Source of the DNA: Methanothermobacter tenebrarum
GTDB taxonomy: Archaea > Methanobacteriota > Methanobacteria > Methanobacteriales > DSM-23052
Reading direction: 5' to 3'
Assembly: GCF_023167465.1 (NCBI RefSeq)
Contig: NZ_AP025698.1
Span: forward strand, 882,771-914,770
Length of the DNA: 32,000 nucleotides
Position numbers and translations under genes: made by a program. The stretch's first letter is position 1. Each line of letters opens with the position of its first letter. The notes beneath the pieces are model-generated. The model saw only the letters and a list, made by a program, of their open reading frames with translations, was not told the origin of the DNA and did not search any database. Positions 17,260 to 27,557 of the stretch are shown piece after piece.

Positions 17260-18458
17260 TGTCCCACCATTTTTTCTATATTTTCTTGGATCTTTATGAT
17301 CTTTTCTTGTCCATTACCCCCTATGAGTATCCTATTGTATTCTCTGCTAAAGTCTTCCAATAATTTGATGAGTTCATCAGTGTCTTTTACAATTAAAACC
17401 TTTGAGGGCAGTTCCTTTGCACATTTTAGGGCGATATCTGTCGTATCTTCGAGGCCTGGGAATAATACCAGTATCCTGGGGGGTTTTTTGCCTATTTCTT
17501 GTAGTGTTTCGAATCTCCAGTTTTCGTTTCTTCTTGGGGTTCCGAGGAATATTATATCAAAAAGAGTTTCTTGTAGTATGGTTTTCATGGCTGAAGGATT
17601 GTCAATCTTTCCTATGATTATATTTGCCTTATTAAATTTATAAGTTTGTATACGCCCCCTTGGGGCTTCAAATTCTCCCAAGACGGAGTCTATTATACTC
17701 TTGGGCGTGCCAAGTAGTTGAGTTGCTTTCGCGGCCGCGCCGGCATTTAATTTGTTGAATTCTCCAAATAATCTGATTTGACCATCATATGGACCGTATA
17801 GTATTGACTTTGGGGTTTTTAATTGTAATGATAATGGGTCTTCTCTGTTGAGCAGGGCCCTTTTATCTTTTAGGAATCTTCTGAGGCTCTCTTTGTAGTT
17901 TTTGATGGTTTTATGGTGGTTCATGTGGTCTCTGCCTATGTTAGTTAAGATTACAAGGTCTAGGTTGAAGCATTGATCTGCGAAATCTAATGTCATGTCG
18001 CATATTTCCACGACTATAATGTCATACTTTTTCTCTGTGGCTTGTAATATGAGTTCTGTGTAACCTTGGAATCCTCCCCCAGCATTACCCCCTACTAGGA
18101 CCTTCTTACCCCACTTTTCCAATATTTTTGTTATCATGAGGGCTGTTGTTGTTTTGCCATTGGTTCCTGTGACCCCTATTGTATATGTGTCCTTATAGTC
18201 CCCTATGATGTTACAGATTAGTTTGTCTTCTATTTCCTCTTTGAGTGGTGTGTTGTAGAGGCTTGGACTTAATGTTACAATGTCACATGCTTTTATTTTT
18301 TCCATGTCATGGAAGCCCAGGTCTACTTCAACATCCTCTAGACCCTCTAAATTCAGATTAGTGTTGATGTCGGTGGCGTATACTTTGTATCCACGTTTTC
18401 TAAGTGATTTCACGGCTTTTCTGCCTTCGACGCCTAATCCTATCACTGCGGCTTTCAT
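17256..18458 (-). CDS. Mur-family ATP-dependent ligase, MurD-like (short, 400 aa)
   Basis: Rossmann AAVIGLGVEGRKAV, P-loop GVTGTNGKTTTALMI and TNIGRDHMNHH. GGTG SD 6 nt upstream of the ATG. The start lies only 24 nt after the rad50 stop. Confidence 0.85.
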   Translation of the reverse strand: MKAAVIGLGVEGRKAVKSLRKRGYKVYATDINTNLNLEGLEDVEVDLGFHDMEKIKACDIVTLSPSLYNTPLKEEIEDKLICNIIGDYKDTYTIGVTGTNGKTTTALMITKILEKWGKKVLVGGNAGGGFQGYTELILQATEKKYDIIVVEICDMTLDFADQCFNLDLVILTNIGRDHMNHHKTIKNYKESLRRFLKDKRALLNREDPLSLQLKTPKSILYGPYDGQIRLFGEFNKLNAGAAAKATQLLGTPKSIIDSVLGEFEAPRGRIQTYKFNKANIIIGKIDNPSAMKTILQETLFDIIFLGTPRRNENWRFETLQEIGKKPPRILVLFPGLEDTTDIALKCAKELPSKVLIVKDTDELIKLLEDFSREYNRILIGGNGQEKIIKIQENIEKMVGQ

Positions 18459-18482
18459 TGTGACACCAATGAGAATATTTTT

Positions 18483-20996
18483 TTATCCGGTTTGAATTGT
18501 GGAGATCCCGGCATTTTTTTCTACTGTGAATGTATGGTCTGCTAGGTTTTCTAGTTCTTCTTCATGGGATACTATTATTATCTGTGAACATTCCAATTCT
18601 TCTAGTATTTCTCTGAATTTTAGGAGCTGTTCTTTGCTGAATCCGTCCGTTGGCTCGTCTAATATGAGCATGTCTGATTTTATTGTGGAGTATCTTTGAA
18701 TAATGGTGTTTAGTGCTAGTCTATAGGCTAGTGCTACGCTTGTTTTTTCTCCTCCGCTGAGGTGTTCCAGTTCTTGTTCATAGCCTCCTTGTTCTATTAT
18801 GGGTGTGAAGTTTTCATCTATCCTTACAGTTTTTTCGTTATCTTCTACGAGTTTTTGGAACCAGCGCTGGAAGTGGCTGTTGAATTCCTGGTTTATTTGT
18901 GTCATTACATGGGTTTCGATGTCGCTTAATGTTGGTATGAAGTATTCTTTGAGCCATTTAACATACTCTTTTAATTTTTTTATGGACCTTTTTATTCTTT
19001 CCCTTTCTTTTATTTGTTCTTCCAAGTCTTTGATTTCCTCTTTTATCCTTTTGAGCGATCCAATGTTCCTTTCACGTTCTCTTTCACATTCTCTTATCTT
19101 TTCCATGGCATGGTCGAGGCTGTTCTTTGTTTGGTCTCTTTTCTCTTCTATTTCATCCTTTTTCTCCAGTATTTTGTCTAATTTTTTGATTTCTTCCCTG
19201 ATGGTTTCTATTTGGCCTGTTTTTTCCTTTATGATTTTTTTGTTTTCTTGGTATTCCATGTTCTTGGTTGGTTTTAGTTTTGTGATCATTTCCTGGTGAT
19301 GCTTTATGGATGCTTTTATGTTGGCTATTTTTTCTTTCAGCGCGTCCCTTTCACCCTCTAAACTTTCTTTTTCTGTTTTGAGTCGTCTCATCTCATCTGG
19401 GATGGTTGATTTTGTGCTTATCCTCTCTTCCAGGCTCTTTTTCATCCTTTTTATCTCTTTTGTTTTTTCTTGGATCTTCTTTATTGTTTTATCGTTTTTT
19501 TGACGGTTTTGCTCCATATCTTCTAGTTTTTCTTTGAGGATTTCTAGTTCTCTTTTAGCGTTTTCGTATTCTCTTATTTTTTCTTTGAGGTTCTTGTTTT
19601 CTCTTATTCTTTTAGTGTATTCTTTTTTCATTTTTTCAAGTTCTCTTTTCTGCTTTTGTTTTTCTTTGAGTTTCTTTTTGATCTTGGATGGGTTGACTGG
19701 GGCTCCGCATGTTGGACAGGTTTTTTCTTCTTTTATTGAGGAGTAATCCTTTATCTTAGCGTTAACTTCCCCTATTTTTTCCTCTGCTATCCCCTTTTTT
19801 CTTTCATATTCCTCTATGATTTCTTCGATTTCTCTTAGACTCTTATTGGATGGTTTTTTAATCTCCTCTAGGCTTTTGATTCTTTTGATGGTCTTGGATT
19901 GCTCCTCTTTGATTTTTTTGTTGTCTTCTTGGATTTCCTGGAGTCTTTCTAGATGTTCATGCTCTTGTTTTTTCAAGTTTTCTAGTTGGTTTTTATCTAG
20001 TAGTATGCTCTCATAGTCTTCTCGTATACCCTCTATTCTATTTTCCACCCCTTCGAGGGCCTCCTCTATCGCTTTTAGTCTTTTTTCCTCTTCGAATTTC
20101 TCCTTTTTCTCTTCGTCCATTTCTAGGATGTGTCTTCTATATTCTTCCTCTATTTTCTCGTTTTTCTTCTCTGCTTCTTCTATCTGCTCACTTATAATGT
20201 TGATTTTCTCCATTAGACTCTTTTTCCTGTTCTCAGCGTCTTTGATGTTATCGTATCTTCTTTCAAGTTCTGCAAGATCATTCTCTATGATTTTCCTCTT
20301 CTCTTCCAGTTTTTTCTTCTCATCTTCTATTTTTTCAATTAAAAGCTTGTACTTGTCTATTTCACGTTTTCTATCATCCATCTTATCCTTTAACATTGGA
20401 AGGTCATGTACTCTCCCTTCAAGCCTATCAGCCTTTCTATCAATCCGAGCCGCCACCATATCAGCGTTAGTGGCGGCTATATTATAATCCTCCAATCCTA
20501 GAGCCCTTCTAATGGTTTCAAGCCTCTCTTTAGAATTCATACTTATTATCTTCTTCATCTCCTCCTGTGGCGTGAAAACAGCATACCTGTAAATGCGACT
20601 CTTTGCACGCGGATTCAAAGGCTCATTATACTTCAATATCCTGAGTATCGTATCCTTCATCTCCGTCGGGGGCAGGTTCATCCTACCATTCTCTGTCTCA
20701 ATATAACACCTATCCTGGCTTATACTCCCATCACTCCTCCTAAGACTCCTATAACTAGTATAGGTTTTACCATCCACCTGGAATGTGAGGGAAACATAAC
20801 CACTATTTGAACCCAGACGGAGCAAACCAGCCCCCCGCTGACCCCCCAGGCCGAAAAGGGCGAATTCAACCGCTAAGAGTAATGTTGTCTTACCAGAGCC
20901 TATATCCCCCTTAAAAAGTGTGACACCATCAGAAAAGCTGATCCTCGCCTCCCGGTAACTTCGAATATTCTTAAGTTCCAAGGATTTAAGGATCAT
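18483..20996 (-). CDS. rad50: DNA double-strand break repair ATPase Rad50
   Basis: Walker A GDIGSGKTTLL, a long K/E-rich coiled coil with the central zinc hook CPTCG, signature LSGGEKTSVALAYRLAL, and Walker B MLILDEPTDG. Confidence 0.93.
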   Translation of the reverse strand: MILKSLELKNIRSYREARISFSDGVTLFKGDIGSGKTTLLLAVEFALFGLGGQRGAGLLRLGSNSGYVSLTFQVDGKTYTSYRSLRRSDGSISQDRCYIETENGRMNLPPTEMKDTILRILKYNEPLNPRAKSRIYRYAVFTPQEEMKKIISMNSKERLETIRRALGLEDYNIAATNADMVAARIDRKADRLEGRVHDLPMLKDKMDDRKREIDKYKLLIEKIEDEKKKLEEKRKIIENDLAELERRYDNIKDAENRKKSLMEKINIISEQIEEAEKKNEKIEEEYRRHILEMDEEKKEKFEEEKRLKAIEEALEGVENRIEGIREDYESILLDKNQLENLKKQEHEHLERLQEIQEDNKKIKEEQSKTIKRIKSLEEIKKPSNKSLREIEEIIEEYERKKGIAEEKIGEVNAKIKDYSSIKEEKTCPTCGAPVNPSKIKKKLKEKQKQKRELEKMKKEYTKRIRENKNLKEKIREYENAKRELEILKEKLEDMEQNRQKNDKTIKKIQEKTKEIKRMKKSLEERISTKSTIPDEMRRLKTEKESLEGERDALKEKIANIKASIKHHQEMITKLKPTKNMEYQENKKIIKEKTGQIETIREEIKKLDKILEKKDEIEEKRDQTKNSLDHAMEKIRECERERERNIGSLKRIKEEIKDLEEQIKERERIKRSIKKLKEYVKWLKEYFIPTLSDIETHVMTQINQEFNSHFQRWFQKLVEDNEKTVRIDENFTPIIEQGGYEQELEHLSGGEKTSVALAYRLALNTIIQRYSTIKSDMLILDEPTDGFSKEQLLKFREILEELECSQIIIVSHEEELENLADHTFTVEKNAGISTIQTG

Positions 20997-22252
20997 AAAA
21001 GATCACCCAAAAATTTCTCAATTGACAATACCCTCAAAGCATCCTTGAACATCCCATCCTCGTAATCAACCTTCCGCTCATTTGGTTTCCTAGCCCGCCT
21101 CAAAACAGCTAAAAGTTCCATGGCAACATCAACATCACATTCCCTGAGAACATCCAAATTCTCCCTGTTCTCCCTGAAAAGGCTCTTTTCAACCTGTGGA
21201 ACATCCTCCATCCTAACCCTTATCCGCCTCCTCTCACGGCGCCTGAGACCATGACGGTTTATATTAACATGTAAAGCACCCCTATCCACGAGCAAATCCC
21301 TTATCCTTATGGGGTCTATATCGGCCGTTTTACCCGATGAAAGCTCCCCCCTGATCTTCACCATAACAATCTTATCATCCACATCAGAAAATTGAAGATC
21401 GGAGATTATATCATCCATAGCCTCCTGGGAGCTTTTACCCGTAACATTATATTCAAAATAGGCATATTCAACAAGATCCAATGGCAGGAAACTCACATCC
21501 TGGACAGTATCATCAAATTCCACAATATAGAACCCCCGCTTTTTACCCTTAGCATTCGCTTCAAGATCAGTTGCATATGATCCAAACAATGGCCCAGGAT
21601 AGACTATCCAACCATGATCTTCCACATGCTTTTCTATCTTTTCATGTAGATGGCCTCCTCCATAATAGTCAAAACCCCGGGGGAAGAGGCTCAATGGGAT
21701 AGATTCCATCTCCGATAGATATGCCGGTTTAAATTCTGTTATGGCACTATGAAAAAGGAATATCTTAAACCCTTCCTCGGATTCTATGGAGGCCCTGTCA
21801 AGATATTTGAACTGTTCTATTTCCATGTTCATTTTACGGGCTGATATACCCGTAAGCTTAGCCCCAGTCACCGGATCCGAAGTAAAATCAAGGACATACC
21901 TATTTTCTTCCGGGCGGATTCTGTCAACCCTTTTTAATAAGCCTGCACTTTCAAGCACGTCGATCATTGATGTCCTAGTTGGACTGTAATCATGACTCCC
22001 ATAACATGTATATACCGGTATTTCCTCCTCCTTCAAGCCCTTAAGTATTTTAGCAACTTCCTTGACAACTTCCATATTGGGTATGTTAGAATGGAACAGA
22101 TCCCCTGATATTATGATAAAATCAACACCCCTCTTGCAAGATCTCTTGATGGCCCCCTTGAAACTTTCAACTTCTAGTCTTTTAAGTTCTGTGTATCTGT
22201 GGGCTCCAAGGTGGCAGTCTGCTAAATGGGCGAACTTGTACACGTATTTCAC
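20993..22252 (-). CDS. mre11: DNA double-strand break repair nuclease Mre11
   Basis: Calcineurin-like phosphoesterase motifs [18 protein letters not shown] and GGGHLH. 4-nt overlaps with both herA and rad50. Confidence 0.92.
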   Translation of the reverse strand: MKYVYKFAHLADCHLGAHRYTELKRLEVESFKGAIKRSCKRGVDFIIISGDLFHSNIPNMEVVKEVAKILKGLKEEEIPVYTCYGSHDYSPTRTSMIDVLESAGLLKRVDRIRPEENRYVLDFTSDPVTGAKLTGISARKMNMEIEQFKYLDRASIESEEGFKIFLFHSAITEFKPAYLSEMESIPLSLFPRGFDYYGGGHLHEKIEKHVEDHGWIVYPGPLFGSYATDLEANAKGKKRGFYIVEFDDTVQDVSFLPLDLVEYAYFEYNVTGKSSQEAMDDIISDLQFSDVDDKIVMVKIRGELSSGKTADIDPIRIRDLLVDRGALHVNINRHGLRRRERRRIRVRMEDVPQVEKSLFRENRENLDVLRECDVDVAMELLAVLRRARKPNERKVDYEDGMFKDALRVLSIEKFLGDLL

Positions 22253-23823
22253 CTTACCAGTTCTTCGTAGGATAAGAGTGGGGGTTTATCCTCCCCTTTA
22301 TTTACTTTTTCCTGGGCATGTTCTTCGAAGAGTGGTATTTTAATGGGTACTGCGAATTTCGTGAATATACTCGTCACTATAGCCTCCCCCCGGTCAAGGC
22401 TTGCTATTGTCCGATTATCATCTGAAAGATCCTGTGAAGCGCTTGCTATTATCTCAGCCCGCTCTTGTGACATTTCATTTCCTAGGATTATCTTCGTGTT
22501 CATATTCGCGAGTATAGTCCTGGGGATCAGGCTTACAAGTTGTGTTATGGCAACGAGTCCTATGTTGAATTTCCGACCTTCCCTTGCAACTGTACTGTAA
22601 ATGTTGTGGCCTTGTTTTTCTATAACCTCTTTTCCAAGGACCCTTGGGGCTTCCTCTATAACTATACCGATTATGGGCTTCTCTTCTAGGGTGCCGTCTG
22701 CTTTGTATTTTTGGTATTTGTTGAATATTGCCCCGACGATTATGCTACCTACTAGTAGTTCTGCTTCGCCCATAAGCCTTGAAGTGTCTATTATAACGAT
22801 TTCACCAGCTTCTAGGGATTGTATAACCTCTTTGATGGTTGAATCCCCAGCATCTGTCGTGAAAACACCCCCACGAGACTTTAATCGGCCATTCTCCTCG
22901 TAGATGCCTAGTATATTATCGAATTTCCTCTGCAGGACGCTGAGTGTGCTGGGACGCACCTTTTCCTTATCTCCTTCCTGGTCATCAACTCTTTCCCCTG
23001 TTATAATCTTCTGTATCCAATCTTCTCCGAATTTGTTATGGTAAAGTTTTATCGCATCCTCTTGGGCGCTTGTAAACTCGACTATGCCATCGAAATGTTC
23101 TGGTCTTATGGATTTAAGGTTTATGTTAAGGGAGTATGCCATGCCTTCAACTTTTGAAGCGTCGGGGGTGTAATATTTAAGTTTTTCTTGGTTGGGATGG
23201 TCCTTCAGTCCTAGTTCGTTTCTCCCATAGTATTCGTCGTGTGGGTCGAGGACTAGCATGCCTATGTTTTCTATGTCCATGAGTTCCCAGAGCATCACCT
23301 TTACTAGGTTGCTCTTGCCCCTACCTGTGGTGGCTGGTATAAGGATATGGTGTGGTATAGCTTCTCTGGCATTAACGTGTATCCTTGTTTTAAGTTCCTT
23401 TGAGCCGCTTCTCACATTACCCAAGTAGAGGGGGTCTTCTGTTTCCTTTTTTAAAAATTTGAGATCATCATCTCTTATACGTCTTACCTGATTGAAGAAT
23501 CTTGGTAGTGTCTTGGGTAGTTGTGGTCTACCATCTTGTATTTGGAGTATGGTTTTGGCTTCTGCGATTATATAATTTCTAAGTTCCTCGTCTAGGAATT
23601 CTAGCTGGGAGCCGCTTTTTTCGAGTTGGATCCCCGAGGCGAGTTCTCTCATGATCTGTGGGACTTGTGAATTGTAGATCAGATCCTTTACTTGTAGGAT
23701 GCTATAGTTATTATCGTCCTCTTCTGCAACTAGCAGGTCTCCAAGTTCTATCCTTGAACCGCTCCTTTCCCTTATAAAAACCTTTGAAGTTTCTCCTCCT
23801 ATGATCTGTCCTATAATGTCGAT
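22249..23823 (-). CDS. herA: HerA hexameric DNA helicase/translocase (FtsK-HerA superfamily)
   Basis: Walker [11 protein letters not shown] and Walker [13 protein letters not shown]. The first ATG is at 23652, but the frame stays open to 23859. The 57 codons between 23823 and 23653 encode a typical HerA N-terminal HAS-barrel ([32 protein letters not shown]...). No ATG, GTG or TTG exists in that stretch. ATC at 23823-23821 lies 8 nt downstream of a GGGGGG SD. Confidence 0.85.
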   Translation of the reverse strand: MDIIGQIIGGETSKVFIRERSGSRIELGDLLVAEEDDNNYSILQVKDLIYNSQVPQIMRELASGIQLEKSGSQLEFLDEELRNYIIAEAKTILQIQDGRPQLPKTLPRFFNQVRRIRDDDLKFLKKETEDPLYLGNVRSGSKELKTRIHVNAREAIPHHILIPATTGRGKSNLVKVMLWELMDIENIGMLVLDPHDEYYGRNELGLKDHPNQEKLKYYTPDASKVEGMAYSLNINLKSIRPEHFDGIVEFTSAQEDAIKLYHNKFGEDWIQKIITGERVDDQEGDKEKVRPSTLSVLQRKFDNILGIYEENGRLKSRGGVFTTDAGDSTIKEVIQSLEAGEIVIIDTSRLMGEAELLVGSIIVGAIFNKYQKYKADGTLEEKPIIGIVIEEAPRVLGKEVIEKQGHNIYSTVAREGRKFNIGLVAITQLVSLIPRTILANMNTKIILGNEMSQERAEIIASASQDLSDDNRTIASLDRGEAIVTSIFTKFAVPIKIPLFEEHAQEKVNKGEDKPPLLSYEELVR

Positions 23824-23831
23824 CTTGGATT

Positions 23832-23837
23832 CCCCCC
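23832..23837 (-). promoter_or_regulatory. Shine-Dalgarno-like GGGGGG run overlapping the nurA stop, serving herA
   Basis: The minus strand reads TAGGGGGGAATCCAAGATCGACATTATAGGA. The G6 run begins with the G of the nurA TAG. In-frame ATC follows after 8 nt and ATT after 14 nt. The same G-rich SD type precedes other genes here, for example 5909-5915. Confidence 0.5.
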
Positions 23838-24907
23838 TATCTAGGCTTTTTATCCTTGATCATGGCTATCATGTTCAGTCTTTCATGGGCGTCAAGCGCC
23901 CTTATATGATATTTCAACTCTTCCAGTGTGTCCCCTGATAACCCTGATAATATACTTGTCTTGTATATGTTCACCTCATCCATACGTACCCTCGCGTTAA
24001 GGTCGGCGTCTATGAGACCATACGGGTAGCCTGGGAATGTAGCATCAACTGTATTCTCCCCAATGGCGGATATTATCTCGAGTTCGTCATCTTGATTGAG
24101 AAGGTCTAATCTGAAAATGTAATCTGAGAGTTCATGTAATTTAACAATCATTATCTTTATATTATATTCCTTCACCTTTTTAGTGGGCTTTGTAGGATAA
24201 TACCATCTTTTATAATTGATATCCTTCGCCAATCTCCCAATGGAGGCTATTAGGGAATCCCCGGCTGGTGTGGGTAATGTGCACGTTTTTGAAAGGCCTG
24301 CGAGGTTAACCCCCATCCTATCAGCAGTTTCTAATATTCTGTGGAGGTATTTACGCTCTCCTTCGAATGATGTATCCAGTGAACCATCCTTCACGAGTAT
24401 GTCACCCTCATCGAGTTCTTCTTCTATTATATGGGTGCTGAAGCTCCACTCCGCGAACCTTCGAGCCACTGAGAACATTCTACTTCGCTGGTAGAAATCT
24501 GGGGGTCCTGGGAGCGTTACTGTAAGATCCTCCTCCACTGGCAGATACTTTCTATGCTCTTCTAGGAGTGGGAATATCTTCACTTTACCTACTTGTCCAT
24601 CCTCTGAATCATGGACACTAAGATAAGAGAAAAACTCTATCTTTTCAGGTACCCTGGAGGGTCTTTGACGTTTCTTACCCCTGAAAAGATTGAAATACAC
24701 TCTATTTACTTGTAGGGAGAATCTTGGAGCCTCCAATATAGTGTTATTCCCGCCGTCGACGAACGCCATTAAACGGGGTTCAACATCATCCTTAAGGGGT
24801 TTGAAATAATCTCCATGAGAATTATAGACTTCATAATCCCCCAACTCCCCTATATTCTCTCTAACCTCTCTTTCAAGGGTTTTAATTACCTTTTCCAAGG
24901 CCCCCAA
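23837..24907 (-). CDS. nurA: NurA 5'-3' nuclease
   Basis: NurA-domain motifs around [11 protein letters not shown] and [11 protein letters not shown], a size of 356 aa, and a position immediately upstream of herA-mre11-rad50. Confidence 0.8.
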   Translation of the reverse strand: MGALEKVIKTLEREVRENIGELGDYEVYNSHGDYFKPLKDDVEPRLMAFVDGGNNTILEAPRFSLQVNRVYFNLFRGKKRQRPSRVPEKIEFFSYLSVHDSEDGQVGKVKIFPLLEEHRKYLPVEEDLTVTLPGPPDFYQRSRMFSVARRFAEWSFSTHIIEEELDEGDILVKDGSLDTSFEGERKYLHRILETADRMGVNLAGLSKTCTLPTPAGDSLIASIGRLAKDINYKRWYYPTKPTKKVKEYNIKIMIVKLHELSDYIFRLDLLNQDDELEIISAIGENTVDATFPGYPYGLIDADLNARVRMDEVNIYKTSILSGLSGDTLEELKYHIRALDAHERLNMIAMIKDKKPR

Positions 24908-24938
24908 TATTATAACCCCCCAGCTAATACGTGGGGTC

Positions 24939-25520
24939 TTATTCCTTTTCTATTATAACAGCCGTACCATAGGCTAAGATTTCTTGCATGACATTGGAGA
25001 TGGAATCAGAATCAAAGCGTGCGCTTATAATAGCATTGGCTCCAAGTTCCCTCGCATGTTCTATCATACGATCAATAGCCTCTTGACGTGCATGTTCCAT
25101 CATGGTAACATACTCTTTGATCTCCCCCCCAGCAATAGATCTTAAACCGGCCCCAACCTGGCCTCCCAGTCCTCTGCTCCTAACTGTAAGACCGTAAACG
25201 AGGCCTATGGTTTCAACGGCACGATATCCCGGGACATGATTTGAACTTACAACAATAATATCCTCGTATTTGCCGGGAGCCACTGGCTTCTCCTCTTCTA
25301 GGGGTTTTTCCTCGAGTTTGGTGCCGCATTCTTCGCAGAAATTGGCTTCAGGCCCATATTCTTTATTACAGTTTGGGCAATATTTGGCTGGTGCTCCTAC
25401 CCCTTCCTCTGTGGGGGTTGAGGGTTCAACCGCGCCCTTTCTCCTTTTTTCTTCTAATCTTCTTCTCATTTCCTCGGTGGATACCATAATATTCACCCAG
25501 TTTATTTTTCTAATTTTCAC
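24939..25520 (-). CDS. zinc-ribbon + YbjQ/UPF0145 domain protein
   Basis: N-terminal CPNCNKEYGPEANFCEECG zinc ribbon and a Glu/Pro-rich linker, then a YbjQ-type domain (VPGYRAVETIGLVYGLTVRSRGLGGQVGAGLRSIAGGEIKEY...ANAIISARFD). The start may be the internal ATG at 25487 (MVSTEEM). Confidence 0.75.
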   Translation of the reverse strand: MKIRKINWVNIMVSTEEMRRRLEEKRRKGAVEPSTPTEEGVGAPAKYCPNCNKEYGPEANFCEECGTKLEEKPLEEEKPVAPGKYEDIIVVSSNHVPGYRAVETIGLVYGLTVRSRGLGGQVGAGLRSIAGGEIKEYVTMMEHARQEAIDRMIEHARELGANAIISARFDSDSISNVMQEILAYGTAVIIEKE

Positions 25521-25602
25521 TGTATATATGGGTAACTTGAATTTTCGGTTATCAGTGGAGTGTGCAATTTCTTAAATATTAGCTTGCTAGAAATGTTATC
25601 CT

Positions 25603-26973
25603 ATGAGGCTTCGAAGGGCTCTTACATTATTTGATGTTGTGAACCTTGTAATCGGGACTATTGTCGGCGCTGATATTTATATAGTGGCTGCTGTTGGCGC
25701 GGGGACCCTTGGACCCGCATCTATATTATCCTGGTTTATAGCTGGGATTATGGCGATTATAATTGCACTTGTATTCGCCGAGTCTTCATCAGTGTTAGCC
25801 CGTGTAGGCGGACCCTATGCATATGCCCGGCATGTTTTCGGGGACTTTGTAGGGTTTCTTGTGGGCTGGTCCCTTTGGGTGTCATCCTGGGTGGCTATAG
25901 CGGTTTTTCCAGTTGCATTTGTTTCATATTTGCTTCATTTCATCGCCTTGGATCCTATTCTCCAGGCTCTTGTTAAGGTTGTTTTCATAGTCTCCTTAAC
26001 CCTGGTAAATTATAGGAGTGTGAAGGTGGCTGGTAAGGTTAATGATGCTTTAACTGTTTTGAAGCTGGCTCCGCTTTTTATCTTTGCCCTTGCAGGTCTG
26101 GTTTATTTTCTAATGAAACCTGATATACTCATAGCCAATTATACGCCCTTCGCACCCTATGGCTTAAAGGGGCTGGGTAGTGTTGTTGTATTAGTCTTCT
26201 GGGCGTATGTGGGTTTTGAACTTGTAACAGTACCATCTGATGAGGTTGTAGACCCTGAGAGGACGATACCAAAGGCTATAATCCTTGGGATGATATTTAT
26301 AATGTTCTTTTATCTTATAACAAATTTTGTCATATTAGGTGTTGTCCCCTGGAATCTCCTTGCAAGTAGCCAGGCGCCACTGGCACTCGCAGGTTACATG
26401 CTACTAGGATCCTCAGGGGCCCTGCTCATGACCCTAGGCGCCCTATTCTCAATATCAGGCTCGGAAGAAGCTGGTATACTCTCTACTGCGAGGATATTAT
26501 ATGCTATGGCCTCTGATGGTCTTCTTCCAGGGGTCTTTGCCAAAGTACATCAAAGGTATAGGACGCCCCATGTAAGTTTGGTTTTCCAAAACCTAACAGC
26601 CCTAGTGGCGGCGCTTTTAGGAACAGCCACACAACTTATTAGCGTATCTGTGTTCACCCTACTCTTCTGTTACATTCTAACCTGCATCTCATTACCCCTA
26701 CTCAAAAAAGAAAGAACACCTATTAAGGCCATCCTAGGATTTCTTGCATGCCTTTATCTTATGGTCAACTGTCCATTTGACTCCATCCTCTGGGGCCTGC
26801 TTCTAACTTTTATTGGAATCCCATTATATTTGAAGTATGCAACCCATCAACCCGACATTTATGTGAGGAGAATAGCAAGACAACTACAAGAGAGTATACT
26901 GGCAAGAAGAGAGAAAAGATTCCTCGCAAGATTCCTAAGATCATTGTTCAATCTTATGAAAAAATTGAAATAA
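25603..26973 (+). CDS. APC-superfamily amino acid/polyamine permease
   Basis: About 12 predicted TM helices. The N-terminal LFDVVNLVIGTIVGADIYI and ESSSVLARVGGPYAYA motifs are typical of amino-acid permeases. Confidence 0.85.
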   Translation: MRLRRALTLFDVVNLVIGTIVGADIYIVAAVGAGTLGPASILSWFIAGIMAIIIALVFAESSSVLARVGGPYAYARHVFGDFVGFLVGWSLWVSSWVAIAVFPVAFVSYLLHFIALDPILQALVKVVFIVSLTLVNYRSVKVAGKVNDALTVLKLAPLFIFALAGLVYFLMKPDILIANYTPFAPYGLKGLGSVVVLVFWAYVGFELVTVPSDEVVDPERTIPKAIILGMIFIMFFYLITNFVILGVVPWNLLASSQAPLALAGYMLLGSSGALLMTLGALFSISGSEEAGILSTARILYAMASDGLLPGVFAKVHQRYRTPHVSLVFQNLTALVAALLGTATQLISVSVFTLLFCYILTCISLPLLKKERTPIKAILGFLACLYLMVNCPFDSILWGLLLTFIGIPLYLKYATHQPDIYVRRIARQLQESILARREKRFLARFLRSLFNLMKKLK

Positions 26974-27065
26974 TCCCGGAGCTTCCTCGATGCCACCATG
27001 AGAATCTCTTGGAACAAGATTTATATAGTATATAAAAGTATGGGTGATGATGGAGATGGTTAACC

Positions 27066-27542
27066 TTGAAGAAGCTGAGCATTCTATTAGCACTCGTTAT
27101 GGTATTTGCTGGGATGGGTATTGGGGCAGCGGCTTCAGTATTTTATACCGTGAATGCTCCCATGCCCACAGAAAAGAGCACACCATATACAGCGCCTATA
27201 ACCCTTAATAAGACCATGCAGATAAAGTACATGATAAAGGATAATACGACCAAGTATGGGATAATCAACCATGAGATAACCAAAAAGAAGAATCAGACAG
27301 TATTCCCACTGATATCATTCAATGGTACAGTAGCTTCGTTAATTTTCCCTGAAAATCTAACTGTGTATTATACTGTGAATGGTAAACAACCAACAAATAA
27401 AAGCGCAATCTATACTTCCCCTATAATCTTGGACAAGAACATGATCATTAAATACTTGATAGTCAGTAACAACACAACATACACGGGGATAGTCAAGCAC
27501 ACACCATGTAAATTCGGCAAGGGGTGCAATTTAAGAATGTAA
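27066..27542 (+). CDS. small secreted/anchored protein with two tandem CHB_HEX_C-like (Fn3-associated) repeats
   Basis: Signal/anchor MKKLSILLALVMVFAGMGIGAAA. There is an internal duplication, YTVNAPMPTEKSTPYTAPITLNKTMQIKYMIKDN versus YYTVNGKQPTNKSAIYTSPIILDKNMIIKYLIVSN, resembling the YYTxDGSxPxxxSxxYxxPI motif. TTG start. Confidence 0.6.
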   Translation: MKKLSILLALVMVFAGMGIGAAASVFYTVNAPMPTEKSTPYTAPITLNKTMQIKYMIKDNTTKYGIINHEITKKKNQTVFPLISFNGTVASLIFPENLTVYYTVNGKQPTNKSAIYTSPIILDKNMIIKYLIVSNNTTYTGIVKHTPCKFGKGCNLRM

Positions 27543-27557
27543 AGCTGAATATTAAAA

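Noticed and set aside
18499-20487. Series of plus-strand ORFs (61-166 aa) rich in S/F/L/I, antisense to rad50
   Set aside because: These are low-complexity shadow ORFs produced by the complement of the K/E-rich coiled-coil codons. They have no SD or motifs and lie entirely inside a well-supported gene.
23821-23862. Programmed +1 frameshift fusing NurA to HerA
   Set aside because: The herA frame is +1 relative to nurA and open across the junction. A strong G6 SD with correct spacing to an in-frame ATC/ATT favours independent, coupled initiation, and I saw no slippery heptamer.
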